From a virus (taxonomy: Duplodnaviria; Heunggongvirae; Uroviricota; Caudoviricetes), in the IMG/VR virus record IMGVR_UViG_2529292912_000010: 35,529 nt of DNA. One strand, given 5' to 3'. Below, in pieces: positions 1 through 13,442 of the stretch. The position numbers were made by a program, and so were the translations under genes. Below the pieces are notes generated by a model that was not told where the DNA came from, made no database searches, and was given only the letters and a program-made list of their open reading frames with translations. Position 1 is the first letter of the stretch. Each line of letters starts with the position of its first letter.

Positions 1-1284
1 TTACAGACTTCTGGAAGGTTGCGCAGCTCTTACAACACGCGGTTGATCTTCCGCAGCGTCTTCCAGCGCACTTAAATCACGGTCTTTCACCTCTGGCATT
101 TTCAGCGCAGAGATTAAACCAATTACTGAATATGCCATGATCATAATGGCGATCGGATACCAGGATTCCGTCATGGTGCAGAAAATACCCGCCAGGATAG
201 GACCAAAACCGGAAGCGATAAGACCACCAATTTCTTTAGAAATAGCCATCCGGGTAAAGCGGTTTTTACAGCCGAACATTTCTGCCATGGTAATGTTTTC
301 CAGAGCAAATAATCCCAGCACCGCACAGTTATGAATCACAATCAGTGCAACCATAATGGTGCTCGGGGCATAGCTTTTATCTACAATGATAGAAAGCATT
401 GGCCATGCCAGCACAATCGCGGAGGTATTCATAATAATATACGGGATCCGGCGACCAATTTTATCGGATAACCAACCAAGGAACGGAATGGTCATAAAGC
501 CGAGAATCGAACTAATCATCAATGCATCTGTTGGAATTGCTTTGTTAAACAATAACGTCTGCACTAAATAGCCTGCAAGGAAAGTCTGAATTAACCCGGA
601 GTTACCCGCCTGACCAAAACGCAGCCCTGTTGCCAGCCAGAAGGATTTGCTCTGGAACATGCTACCAGCAGGTGCAGGTTTTGCTGTGGGTTGGTTGCTG
701 TCATTAACCTTCTCAAAGACCGGGCTTTCTTTCAGATTCATACGTAACCAGATAGCAAAGACCATCACGACAACGCTCGCCAGGAACGGTATACGCCATC
801 CCCACGCCAGCAGTTCCTCTTTACTGAGAATGAAGAACATAAAGGCCCAGATTGCCGTTGCGCTCAAGGTTCCGCAGTTAGTTCCCATAGCCACAAATGA
901 GGAGATAATTCCGCGCTTACCTTTTGGCGCATATTCCGCCAGCATCGTACCGGCACCGGAAATTTCCGCACCTGCACCCAACCCCTGAATAATACGCAAC
1001 GTCACCAGCAAGATGGGTGCAAAAACACCAATCTGTGCATAGGTCGGTAACACACCAATTAAGGTGGTACAGATCCCCATCATGGTGATGGTAATAAAGA
1101 GCACTTTTTTACGCCCTATTCTGTCGCCCATTTTGCCGAAAATAAATGCTCCGACAATACGCGCCACATAACCTGCACCGTAGGTTCCCATTGCCAGAAT
1201 TAACGCCATTGCCGTTGATGATTCAGGAAAAAATATTTCATGAAACACTAACGCTGCGCCGAGCGAATATAACTGGAAATCCAT
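1..1284 (-). CDS. ydfJ: MFS-family transporter (putative metabolite:H+ symporter), 427 aa, complete
   Basis: Full-length ORF with stop at 1-3; multiple hydrophobic helices; MFS loop motif G-x-x-x-D-R-x-G-R-K (GKMGDRIGRKKV) after the second helix. Position relative to ydfK/pin matches my recollection of the E. coli ydfJ-ydfK-pinQ neighbourhood. Confidence 0.85.
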   Translation of the reverse strand: MDFQLYSLGAALVFHEIFFPESSTAMALILAMGTYGAGYVARIVGAFIFGKMGDRIGRKKVLFITITMMGICTTLIGVLPTYAQIGVFAPILLVTLRIIQGLGAGAEISGAGTMLAEYAPKGKRGIISSFVAMGTNCGTLSATAIWAFMFFILSKEELLAWGWRIPFLASVVVMVFAIWLRMNLKESPVFEKVNDSNQPTAKPAPAGSMFQSKSFWLATGLRFGQAGNSGLIQTFLAGYLVQTLLFNKAIPTDALMISSILGFMTIPFLGWLSDKIGRRIPYIIMNTSAIVLAWPMLSIIVDKSYAPSTIMVALIVIHNCAVLGLFALENITMAEMFGCKNRFTRMAISKEIGGLIASGFGPILAGIFCTMTESWYPIAIMIMAYSVIGLISALKMPEVKDRDLSALEDAAEDQPRVVRAAQPSRSL

Positions 1285-2070
1285 AATTCACAGGTGTTTT
1301 TTCCCATCCTGTGGTTTCCTTGGCGTTTTCTAGGTTTTTTCAGATAGTTGCATTTTTTAAAAAGCATCCTAAGTTCGATCTCAGTGTCTATCTGGGGCCT
1401 ATTTCTGTCCCATATATGCCCCAAAAAAAACTCCCCAACAGATAAGTAGTTTTTTCATGGATTTATGCGTAAAATCAAGAACGGCTGGAAATCATTCAAT
1501 ACTCACACTATCGAAAAATTTACCAGCCAACCGCAGCACGTTCTTGCATAAGGCGTGTCTGCGGTTTTTCAACTATTCAGATACATCACTCCCATCACAT
1601 TCATTCCTCCGCATCAAAGGCATATAGGCTATATCACCTTGATATTTTTATTTTTCAGATAAAAACTGTTATCTATGTATACTTTTAAACCCAATCCGTG
1701 TAGAGTCTCTGCATAAGATAGTTTGCAGTTGCCGCTTCAGCTTGCGCCATAAACCGCCTGATTTTTGCTGCCACCTGTTAGCATTCCTGTATACCTGAAA
1801 CGACAATGTTTATCTACGAACTTTAAGAACACCCAAGATAAAAATTGTCAACTATATCATATATAACACATTACTAATTCGAGGCTATATGAACAGCATA
1901 CTGATAATCACATCTCTCCTTATCATATTCAGCATTTTTAGTCATGCCCTAATAAAATTAGGGATTGGCATATCCAATAACCCAGACAAAACCGATGTAT
2001 AAGTCAACATATCCTGAATCAGACATACAATATCGCAATGAAAATCAATAATATTTTAAGGAATATCTTC

Positions 2071-2304
2071 ATGAAATCAAAAGACACCCTAAAGTGGTTC
2101 CCTGCGCAGCTTCCTGAAGTAAGAATTATCCTAGGGGATGCTGTAGTGGAAGTAGCAAAACAGGGAAGACCTATCAATACCAGAACATTGCTTGATTACA
2201 TTGAAGGAAACATAAAGAAAAAATCATGGCTGGATAACAAAGAATTATTACAAACAGCGATATCAGTTCTTAAAGACAACCAAAATTTAAATGGTAAAAT
2301 GTAA
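2071..2304 (+). CDS. ydfK: Small prophage protein of the YdfK/YnaE family (reported cold-shock inducible), 77 aa
   Basis: ORF track gives 88 aa from an upstream ATG; the internal start MKSKDTLKWFPAQ gives the 77-aa form I recall for YdfK. Lies immediately upstream of the pin recombinase, same strand. Confidence 0.6.
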   Translation: MKSKDTLKWFPAQLPEVRIILGDAVVEVAKQGRPINTRTLLDYIEGNIKKKSWLDNKELLQTAISVLKDNQNLNGKM

Positions 2305-2620
2305 TATAATAAACTTACTTTTTTATCATTTTTCCACTTTAACAACATTTTGCTCCACTTTTCCACGACCAAACAACTTGAAATCTGGTTAAAATAACAC
2401 GCAACACTATTCTTCTTCCTTGAGTCCGCCCGGAACTCGAAAAACAAACCGAGTTAAAGCCATTTTTCACAAAATCGATTTTGGGTCTCACCAAAATTAC
2501 GGGGTTGCATACGCATTCGTTTATTTTCGAACGTGTACATACAAATATGCACAAAAATAATCAAAATTATTTTCTGAGATGCATTATGATATGAACACCA
2601 ATTTCGTATAGAGTCTCACT

Positions 2621-3211
2621 ATGTCTCGAATTTTTGCTTACTGTCGGATATCAACGCTGGATCAGACCACCGAAAATCAACGCCGGGAAATCGAAAGTGC
2701 AGGTTTTAAAATCAAACCTCAGCAAATAATCGAAGAACACATTAGCGGCTCAGCAGCAACCAGTGAGCGTCCTGGTTTTAACCGGTTGCTTGCTCGCCTG
2801 AAATGTGGTGATCAATTGATTGTGACAAAACTGGATCGCCTTGGTTGTAATGCAATGGATATCAGGAAAACAGTGGAACAACTGACCGAAACAGGTATCA
2901 GAGTGCATTGCTTAGCATTGGGGGGCATTGACCTGACCAGTCCAACAGGAAAAATGATGATGCAAGTAATTTCAGCAGTCGCTGAATTTGAACGAGACCT
3001 TTTACTTGAACGCACTCATTCCGGGATAGTAAGAGCCCGGGGCGCAGGGAAACGTTTTGGTCGACCACCTGTGTTAAATGAAGAACAGAAACAGGTGGTA
3101 TTCGAACGAATTAAGTCAGGTGTAAGTATAAGTGCCATTGCCCGGGAATTCAAAACCTCGCGGCAAACCATTTTAAGAGCCAAAGCAAAACTTCAGACAC
3201 CTGACATATAA
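2621..3211 (+). CDS. pinQ: Serine recombinase, resolvase/invertase family (putative DNA invertase), 196 aa
   Basis: N-terminal catalytic-serine motif (YCRISTLDQ), resolvase-like core, C-terminal helix-turn-helix ([18 protein letters not shown]). Adjacent to the tail fibre genes, as for Gin/Pin-type invertases. Confidence 0.85.
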
Positions 3212-3308
3212 AAAATAATCTCGGTGTGAGATGCTTTACGTCTTCCAAGCCACCTTCCTTGCCGTAAATGGAAAGATACATCTAATTATAGAATTTATAT
3301 GTTTTACC

Positions 3309-3884
3309 CTACGGCAGTGCTGGCCATTCAATATCCTGTGCAGTTGACGTATCAACACGGTTCAGCAATACCCGATACTTTTTCCATGCTTCCAGCAACG
3401 AGATTTCTTCCTCCGTTGCAATTTCCAGATCTGCAGCATCCTGAAGCGGCGCAATATGCTCACTGGCTACCTGCATCAGGCTGTTTTTTGTTTCTTCCGC
3501 CTCCCGGATCCGGAACAGTTTTTCTGCTTCCGTATCCTTCACCCAGGCTGTGCCGTTCCACTTCTGATATTCCCCTCCCGGCGATAACCAGGTAACATTT
3601 TCCGGTAACGGACCGAGTTCAGAAATAAATAACGCGTCGCCGGAAGCCACGTCATAAACCGTTTTACCCCGATGATCTTCAACGAGATGCCACGATGCCT
3701 CATCACTGTTGAAAACAGCCACGAAGCCTGCCGGAATATCTGGCGGTGCAATATCGATACTGTTTGCTGGCAGACCTGTATGAGGCGGAATATATGCGTC
3801 ACCTTCACCAATAAATTCATTAGTTCCGGCCAGCAGATTATAAATTTTTATGGTCCGTGGTTGTTCACTCATTCTGAATGCCAT
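3309..3884 (-). CDS. tfa: Tail fibre assembly protein (Tfa), 191 aa
   Basis: 191-aa ORF directly downstream of stf with stop/start overlap at 3884; sequence matches the lambda Tfa (orf-194) family as I recall it. Confidence 0.85.
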   Translation of the reverse strand: MAFRMSEQPRTIKIYNLLAGTNEFIGEGDAYIPPHTGLPANSIDIAPPDIPAGFVAVFNSDEASWHLVEDHRGKTVYDVASGDALFISELGPLPENVTWLSPGGEYQKWNGTAWVKDTEAEKLFRIREAEETKNSLMQVASEHIAPLQDAADLEIATEEEISLLEAWKKYRVLLNRVDTSTAQDIEWPALP

Positions 3885-6800
3885 TATGCAAGCCTCACAA
3901 TATAGTTAAATGCGATGTTTTTGACGGTGTTTTCCGCGTTACCAGCAGCGTTAACGGTGATGGTATGTCCATGTGAACCAATCGCAACGGAGTGCGTATG
4001 AGCACCAATACCGACAGTATGTGCGTGTGCACCTGCGCTTGCAGCAGTACCCGATACAGAGTGCGTATGAGCGCCTGCAGAAGAAGTGTTAACACTGTAT
4101 TTAGAGTAATCAGGTGATCCACTTCCCGGAGCACCACTGGAACCACCTGAAACAAATGTCATCGAATGGGTATGTGCACCGGCTGAAGCAGCCGTACCGC
4201 TAACACTATGGGTATGCGCACCAGTGTTATTCGTGGATTTAGTGCCGTAATCAAACGACGATGTGGTTTTCGTCCCCAAATCCGTACTGGATACGCTGGC
4301 GCTGTGGGTGTGTGATTTAATGCCGTCCTGTTCCTGAGACAATACGGCTCGATCACTGGCGGGCTTGCCCTTAATCGTCCAGCCACGCATATCAGGGATC
4401 ACGCCTGACGGATAAGCGGCTGCAAGTTTCGGGTAAGCAGATTTGTCAAAAGTCTGCCCCTGCATCAGGGCATAACCAGACGGAACGGTATCTGATGGCC
4501 ACGGGATTGGTGCACCGACTGGATAAAACTCTGCAGGAGGATGAGCCGAGGTGTAAAGCTGCGCCCACGGCGACCAGTTTGCGTCGGTCGTATCCCGTCG
4601 TGAACGAATAAATGCCGGAGCATGAGCACCGCTTGTACCACTCCAGCCGATGAGTAACTCACCTTCGCCAACGGCTGTCATCCCTTTCAGGTGAATGATA
4701 TTTCCATACGCTGTTGGATATCCGTTGTTATACACCTCGTATAACTCAAGACCTGTTGCCCCCTGCGTATTGTCTGTCAGCGCGGTTACCCGACCTTTTG
4801 AAGACAGATTAACTGATGATACTGCTGTTCCACCTGACGGTAACGCCCCGATCTCTGATGCCGTTGGCTTATTTCTGGAGTTATAGTCCCTTCGCCAGCC
4901 AGGTGAATAATCTGTTCCGTGATTAATATAGGTAAACTGGGCGTTAGTTGTTCCACCACCAGTGGAGGTGGTCGGTGTGGTAATGCGGATCGTCATCGCT
5001 GACTTTATCCCCATTACTTCAATGACAGCTCCGGCGAGATGAATATTACCGCAGCCAGTATCAGTAATGATTTTATTATTGCCATAAGACCAGGAACCCT
5101 TGCACATCCAGTATGGATGGTTAAATGCTCCCTGAGAATCCAGCCACTCGATAAACTGTGCAGTCGTCCAGTTTCCTGTTGTTGTGCTTACTGACCCACC
5201 GAAGGCACGGCAGGCACCAATATTTTTCGTAAAGGTGTCTTTGCCAGGGATATCCGCACCGTTCTGATCTTTCTGCAGACGTTTCTCAGCATTGTCATTG
5301 ACTGCTTTCACTGCTTTCGATGTCGCAGCAAGCGTTTCAGATGCGCTGTTGGTTGCACTACTGAGCTGGACAATTCCTTTTTGTGCTGTCGTAGCGTCCT
5401 GAGCGGTATATTTCCCGTTAGCCAGGTCATACGCGGCCTTAACGGCTTTTGGCGTTGCCGCCAGTGACTCGGAAGTGCTGTTGGTCGCACTGCTGAGCTG
5501 TACTATCCCCTTTTTCGTCGTGCTCGCATCCTCAAGCGCCACGGCGGATGCAATATCCTCTGCCCGTTTTGCTGCTGTCTCGGCGCGCGTTGCCGCGGAT
5601 TCCGCCGTACTTTTGCTCTGAGCTGCCGCCGTCGCACTACCAGCTGCCTCTGTCGCCTTCGTGGATGCCGTCGTGGCGCTGCCTTTCGCTGCTGATGCCT
5701 GTCTGGTCGCCTCATCTTTTGAAGCAGACGCAGATGATGCCGATGACGCCGCCGAACTGGCGGACGATGCGGCAGCCGTTTTTGAGGATTCTGCGCTGGT
5801 TTCCGACGCTTTCGCGTTCGTCTCGGATGTCTTCGCTGCGGAAGCAGACCTCGCTGCTGCGCTGGCCTGTTCAGTGGCTTCGCCAGCCTTCGTTGTGGCT
5901 GTTGAAGCGGACGATGCGGCGCTTTCTGCCGATTTTCCGGCGGCGCTAGCACTGGCTGAGGCCTGCCCGGCACTTGTTGACGCTGCACTGGCAGACGACG
6001 CAGCCGCTGTTTTTGAGCCTGCCGCAGCTGAGGCACTCTGTTCCGCTGCCGTTTCAGAAGACCTGGCGTTTGTCTCAGACGTCTTTGCCGCCTTCGCGGA
6101 ATTGCCTGCCGCCGTTGCCGAGGAAGCGGCACTACTGGCGCTCGAGGATGCGTTCGTTTCTGATGATTTCGCTGCCTCTTTTGAGGCCGCCGCATCCCGG
6201 GCTGAGGTGGCTGCTTCTGACGCCTTCGTGGTCGCGGCGGATGCAGAAGTGGCTGCTGATTGTTGTGACGCTGCCGCATTCGTTTCTGACGTTTTCGCCG
6301 CAGCGGCACTGGTAGCTGCCGCGCTTTTTGAGGACTCTGCAGCAGCAGCACTTTTCGATGCTTCACTGGCCTTTGTTGATGCCGTTCCTGCGCTGGAAGA
6401 TGCTGACTGAGCCGACGACGCGGCCTGTCCGGCTGACGTGCTGGCTGCGCTTGCTGAGCCTGCAGCATCAGTCGCATGGGTTGCCGCCTCACGGGCTGAT
6501 GTGCCGGCATCGCTGGCTGACTTCTTCGCGGCTGCCGTGTTCTGTGCCACCACGGACGCGTTACGCGCCACCTCTTCCACCATCAGCTCAAAACGGCGCA
6601 GTGCCTCCGGACGGGCATCATCCTCCGTCATGGCACCGAGAAAATCATTCAGCGTACCGGGTCGGGAATCTTCATACACTGTGATGGTCCCGGCATGTGA
6701 CGGCGGGAATCCTTCCACCAACAGAATAACGCTGTACTGACCGTACTCAACGTCCATACTGTAACGCCCGGCTTCATCCGGATTTTCAGATGCCAGCGTG

Positions 6801-6907
6801 TTCACCACCACCGTGGTACTGTTACGTTTTGCTTTCAGCTGGATTGTGCAGTTCTGTACCGGTTTTCCTGTGCCGTCTTTCAGTACACCTGAAATTTTTA
6901 CTGCCAT
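3884..6907 (-). CDS. stf: Side tail fibre protein (Stf), about 1007 aa
   Basis: N-terminus [27 protein letters not shown] matches lambda Stf; ORF track starts two codons earlier at a GTG. Long Ala/Ser/Thr-rich repeat region, two phage tail-fibre repeats ([12 protein letters not shown]...LAAT.KAVKA), and a His-rich C-terminal tip with repeated GAHTHS motifs. Confidence 0.9.
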   Translation of the reverse strand: MAVKISGVLKDGTGKPVQNCTIQLKAKRNSTTVVVNTLASENPDEAGRYSMDVEYGQYSVILLVEGFPPSHAGTITVYEDSRPGTLNDFLGAMTEDDARPEALRRFELMVEEVARNASVVAQNTAAAKKSASDAGTSAREAATHATDAAGSASAASTSAGQAASSAQSASSSAGTASTKASEASKSAAAAESSKSAAATSAAAAKTSETNAAASQQSAATSASAATTKASEAATSARDAAASKEAAKSSETNASSSASSAASSATAAGNSAKAAKTSETNARSSETAAEQSASAAAGSKTAAASSASAASTSAGQASASASAAGKSAESAASSASTATTKAGEATEQASAAARSASAAKTSETNAKASETSAESSKTAAASSASSAASSASSASASKDEATRQASAAKGSATTASTKATEAAGSATAAAQSKSTAESAATRAETAAKRAEDIASAVALEDASTTKKGIVQLSSATNSTSESLAATPKAVKAAYDLANGKYTAQDATTAQKGIVQLSSATNSASETLAATSKAVKAVNDNAEKRLQKDQNGADIPGKDTFTKNIGACRAFGGSVSTTTGNWTTAQFIEWLDSQGAFNHPYWMCKGSWSYGNNKIITDTGCGNIHLAGAVIEVMGIKSAMTIRITTPTTSTGGGTTNAQFTYINHGTDYSPGWRRDYNSRNKPTASEIGALPSGGTAVSSVNLSSKGRVTALTDNTQGATGLELYEVYNNGYPTAYGNIIHLKGMTAVGEGELLIGWSGTSGAHAPAFIRSRRDTTDANWSPWAQLYTSAHPPAEFYPVGAPIPWPSDTVPSGYALMQGQTFDKSAYPKLAAAYPSGVIPDMRGWTIKGKPASDRAVLSQEQDGIKSHTHSASVSSTDLGTKTTSSFDYGTKSTNNTGAHTHSVSGTAASAGAHTHSMTFVSGGSSGAPGSGSPDYSKYSVNTSSAGAHTHSVSGTAASAGAHAHTVGIGAHTHSVAIGSHGHTITVNAAGNAENTVKNIAFNYIVRLA

Positions 6908-6916
6908 ATTCACCCC

Positions 6917-6945
6917 ACAAAAAAGCCCGCCTGAACCGGCGGGCT
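6917..6945 (-). terminator. Intrinsic terminator-like hairpin between lom and stf
   Basis: Minus-strand reading GCCCGCC-GGTTCA-GGCGGGC followed by TTTTTTGTGG; ends a few nt before the stf ribosome-binding site. Confidence 0.6.
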
Positions 6946-6971
6946 GTCATAACACTGTGTTACCTGGCTAA

Positions 6972-7571
6972 TCAGAATTTATAACCAACACCCACGATGA
7001 ACCCGTCAGTGCGCCAGTCACCACTGCCGGAGCCTTCATAAGCGACATCAATGGCCACGGATTCGGTCGGGTTAAACTGCACGCCAGCTCCCCACGCCAG
7101 AGACGTGTTGCTGTGGCGACCGTCATCACTTCCGGTCAGCACATCGTGCTTTTTCCCCTTGTTGTCAGTTACGCGGAGATAATCCCCGGAGAAAGTCGAC
7201 ACACGGCTGTAAGCCACACCCGCCATCGCATACGCGCTGAACCATTCATTCACGCGCACAGACGGCCCCGCCATTACGCTGAACCAGCGGTTACGAACGG
7301 AATCTTCATGCCAGCGGGTATCGCTGTAACGGGTAATCTGGCGATTCTTGTCTCCTGCATAGCTGAACGACGTCACCATCCCCAGTGTGTCCGTAAACTC
7401 ATAACGGTATTTCACGTTAATCCCGTTCAGATCATCACTGCCGGGAACGTTCGTCCGGGCATGAAGATACCCCGCGCTCAGCGTGGACTGATGTTCAGAC
7501 GCCCATGCAGGCGCACCGGATACGGCCAGACAAATGGCTGCGGACAAAATGGCGGCATAAAGTTTACGCAT
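6972..7571 (-). CDS. lom: Outer-membrane beta-barrel protein Lom (Ail/Lom family), 199 aa
   Basis: Signal peptide ([24 protein letters not shown]), alternating beta-strand pattern, C-terminal aromatic residue (ends GVGYKF); sits between J and stf as in lambda. Confidence 0.85.
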   Translation of the reverse strand: MRKLYAAILSAAICLAVSGAPAWASEHQSTLSAGYLHARTNVPGSDDLNGINVKYRYEFTDTLGMVTSFSYAGDKNRQITRYSDTRWHEDSVRNRWFSVMAGPSVRVNEWFSAYAMAGVAYSRVSTFSGDYLRVTDNKGKKHDVLTGSDDGRHSNTSLAWGAGVQFNPTESVAIDVAYEGSGSGDWRTDGFIVGVGYKF

Positions 7572-7593
7572 AATTACCTCTCGCTTTTCTGCA

Positions 7594-7619
7594 ATAAAAA
7601 AGGCGTCATTTCTGACGCC
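7594..7619 (-). terminator. Intrinsic terminator-like hairpin between J and lom
   Basis: Minus-strand GGCGTCA-GAAA-TGACGCC followed by TTTTTTATT, about 26 nt upstream of the lom ATG. Confidence 0.6.
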
Positions 7620-7637
7620 CGTTCTGGGTTATAAAAT

Positions 7638-11039
<3,402 letters not shown>

Positions 11040-11096
11040 TCATGCTCCATAAACGATAAAACCGCCCGGAGGCGGTTTCACATAAAACATTTTGCA

Positions 11097-11768
11097 TCAG
11101 CGACCAATCACCACAACCTGACCACCATCCCCTTCGTCTGCCGTGCTGATCTCCTGAGAAACCACCCGCGACCCCACGCGCATTTCACCGTACAGAACAG
11201 GCAAAACATTGCCCTGGGCAACCATGTTATCCAGTGAGGAGAAATAGGTGTTCTGCTTACCGTTATCCGTTGTCTGTGTACGGGGAGTTCTGGCTTTCGG
11301 TGCCAGCATCTGCGCCACACCACCGAGCACCATACTGGCACCGAGAGAAAACAGGATGCCGGTCATACCACCGGCCCCAATGGCTGCCCCCCATGCTGCA
11401 AGGGTGGCTCCGGCGGTAAAGAATGATCCGGCAATGGCGGCAGCCCCCAGGACAATCTGGAATACGCCACCTGACTTGGCCCCGGCGACTCTGGGAACAA
11501 TATGAATCACAGCGCCATCAGGCAGAGTCTCATGTAACTGCGCCGTTAACCCGGACGTGCTGACGTCCCGCCCGGCAATCCGTACCTGATACCAGCCGTC
11601 GCTCAGTTTCTGACGAAACGCCGGGAGCTGTGTGGCCAGTGCCCGGATGGCTTCAGCCCCCGTTTTCACACGAAGGTCGATGCGGCGACCAAATCGTTGT
11701 AAATCCCCGTAAAGGCAGATGCGCGCCATGCCCGGTGACGCCAGAGGGAGTGTGTGCGTCGCTGCCAT
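11097..11768 (-). CDS. I: Tail assembly protein I, 223 aa
   Basis: 223 aa, same length as lambda I; overlaps the 3' end of K in another frame as in lambda. Confidence 0.9.
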   Translation of the reverse strand: MAATHTLPLASPGMARICLYGDLQRFGRRIDLRVKTGAEAIRALATQLPAFRQKLSDGWYQVRIAGRDVSTSGLTAQLHETLPDGAVIHIVPRVAGAKSGGVFQIVLGAAAIAGSFFTAGATLAAWGAAIGAGGMTGILFSLGASMVLGGVAQMLAPKARTPRTQTTDNGKQNTYFSSLDNMVAQGNVLPVLYGEMRVGSRVVSQEISTADEGDGGQVVVIGR

Positions 11769-12409
11769 TTGTCGGTGTACCTCTCTCGTTTGCTCAGTTG
11801 TTCAGGAATATGGTGCAGCAGCTCGCCGTCGCCGCAGTAAATTGCGGCGTGATTCGGCACCGATGAACCAAAACAGCACAGCAGCACATCGCCCGGCTGT
11901 GCCGCTGACAACGGCACCTGATACAGCCCCGTCGCCTCCAGATTATCCAGATAGAGATTCTGGCCGTTACGCCACCAGTCATCCTCACGATGAAAGTCCG
12001 GCATCTCAATCCCCGCCAGATGATAAGCATCCCGGAACAGTGTGTAACAGTCCGTCACACCGTGCTCAAAGCGCCGCCCGGTGAGATGCGGCACACAGCG
12101 GAACTTATGAATCGTCCCCCGGCAGACCAGCCACCAAGGCAAATCACTCTGCACCTGCAGCCGCCGGTCGGCCTCACTCAGCCAGGGCAGACCACCGGGG
12201 TGGCTGTGGACCAGCGCCACAATCTCACCCTGCATTTCTGCCTGCAGCCAGTCTTCCGGCGACATACGGAAATACGCCTCCGGCTCACCGGAGATATTCA
12301 CGCAGGGGAAATATCTTTCCCCCTCCGGCGTGCTTACCACGAAGCCGCACGACTCCGCTGGCGCACATCGCCGGGCGTGCGCCAGAATCGCTGATTCTGT
12401 CTGTGTCAT
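11666..12409 (-). CDS. K: Tail assembly protein K (Mov34/JAB plus NlpC/P60-like), 247-aa ORF; the start giving the 199-aa form I recall for lambda K is at 12265
   Basis: HSHP metalloprotease-like motif (ALVHSHPGG) and a conserved Cys/His region; ORF begins 6 nt after the L stop. Internal Met 49 (MSPEDW) would give 199 aa. Confidence 0.85.
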   Translation of the reverse strand: MTQTESAILAHARRCAPAESCGFVVSTPEGERYFPCVNISGEPEAYFRMSPEDWLQAEMQGEIVALVHSHPGGLPWLSEADRRLQVQSDLPWWLVCRGTIHKFRCVPHLTGRRFEHGVTDCYTLFRDAYHLAGIEMPDFHREDDWWRNGQNLYLDNLEATGLYQVPLSAAQPGDVLLCCFGSSVPNHAAIYCGDGELLHHIPEQLSKRERYTDKWQRRTHSLWRHRAWRASAFTGIYNDLVAASTFV

Positions 12410-12414
12410 GGGAT

Positions 12415-13113
12415 TTACTGCGAAAGTTTGTTAATGGAAAGGAAGCCGCCAAAGTTGCCGACGTTATTGCGGAACTTACAACCGCTCAGGCATTTGCTGC
12501 ATTTATCCTTCGTGATATCGGACGTTGGCTGGTCATATTCATCCGCGACAGCCGGACCGCTATAACCGCACTCGTCACCGCGATAGGTCCAGGTGCAGGT
12601 GTTGGCCAGCATGATACGTCCCGGAAAAACAGCGCCATCCGTTTCCGTCGGCGTGGACAGTACAAAGGAGGCACTCACCGCGCTCAGTTCGCTGCACTGC
12701 TCAATGCGCCAGCGGCTGATCACCTCCTGCTCCGGATCGGCGCCACTGTTTCCGTTGACGAAGTTCACCGCATCCAGAAAACGGGCGTAAACCTTACGCC
12801 GGACCACCGTTCCACCGACCAGACTCTGCAGATCTTCCGCCATCCCGGTGACCATACCGTACAGGTTAGAAACCGTCAGTGTGGGGCGCGTACTGGTGCC
12901 TTTGCCATTCAGTTCAAAACCACTCCCCTGAATGGGATACGGCTGATACTGTCGCCCCTGCCAGGTGACCGGCTCACCTTTTTCGTTCTGCTCATTACAG
13001 AAAAAATAACGTTCTCCACCGACCTCTGTCAGGTCGATTTCCCAGAGCACCACGCTGGCCGACTGCTCCGCACGGGTGCATTCATTCAGTGTTTCCTGCC
13101 GGATATCCTGCAT
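12415..13113 (-). CDS. L: Tail tip protein L, 232 aa
   Basis: 232 aa, same length and position as lambda L; Cys-rich C-terminus (CSKCLSGC). Confidence 0.9.
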   Translation of the reverse strand: MQDIRQETLNECTRAEQSASVVLWEIDLTEVGGERYFFCNEQNEKGEPVTWQGRQYQPYPIQGSGFELNGKGTSTRPTLTVSNLYGMVTGMAEDLQSLVGGTVVRRKVYARFLDAVNFVNGNSGADPEQEVISRWRIEQCSELSAVSASFVLSTPTETDGAVFPGRIMLANTCTWTYRGDECGYSGPAVADEYDQPTSDITKDKCSKCLSGCKFRNNVGNFGGFLSINKLSQ

Positions 13114-13442
13114 CAGTTCACCACCTGTTCAAACTCTGCGCTGAACTCAACACGCAGCATACTGACCCGCGACGACCATTTTGCGCAGGTCACCTTTATC
13201 TGCCGCCACTCATAAGGCGGCGTCCACAGAAAGGCTTTCCAGCCCCCGTGCTCAGCCAGAAACGACTCCAGCGCCGTGGCCTCCCAACGGGGAACAGAAA
13301 GCGTCACGCTGTACGTTTTCAGGTCGGCATTCAGCCCGGCAGGCGCTCGCTGGGAATAGCCATCACCAAAGCGCACTTTCCTGACGGAAGGGGCCGAAGC
13401 CACATCCATACCGGGTTTCACTTTCCAGCGGAAGGTCTTCAT
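13113..13442 (-). CDS. M: Tail tip protein M, 109 aa
   Basis: 109 aa, same as lambda M; start overlaps the H stop. Confidence 0.9.
   Translation of the reverse strand: MKTFRWKVKPGMDVASAPSVRKVRFGDGYSQRAPAGLNADLKTYSVTLSVPRWEATALESFLAEHGGWKAFLWTPPYEWRQIKVTCAKWSSRVSMLRVEFSAEFEQVVN

Noticed and set aside
137-988. Plus-strand ORFs of 61-113 aa antisense to ydfJ
   Set aside because: Embedded antisense to a full-length transporter gene; no independent support.
1285-2037. Possible prophage attachment-site boundary or tRNA in the AT-rich ydfJ-ydfK intergenic region
   Set aside because: No tRNA-like cloverleaf or integrase gene is evident and the other prophage end is outside the window, so a boundary cannot be placed from this sequence alone.
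2038-2070. Upstream ATG giving an 88-aa ydfK
   Set aside because: The internal start gives the 77-aa form; the upstream extension is AT-rich leader sequence. Low certainty either way.
5503-6510. 335-aa Arg/Pro/Gln-rich ORF on the minus strand and a 249-aa Ala/Asp-rich ORF on the plus strand (5661-6410) inside stf
   Set aside because: Alternative-frame and antisense products of the GC-rich, repetitive stf region; low-complexity composition, no ribosome-binding sites, wholly inside a well-supported gene.
3884-6907. CRISPR-like repeat array
   Set aside because: The periodic repeats are in-frame coding repeats of the tail fibre, not repeat-spacer units; no cas genes in the window.
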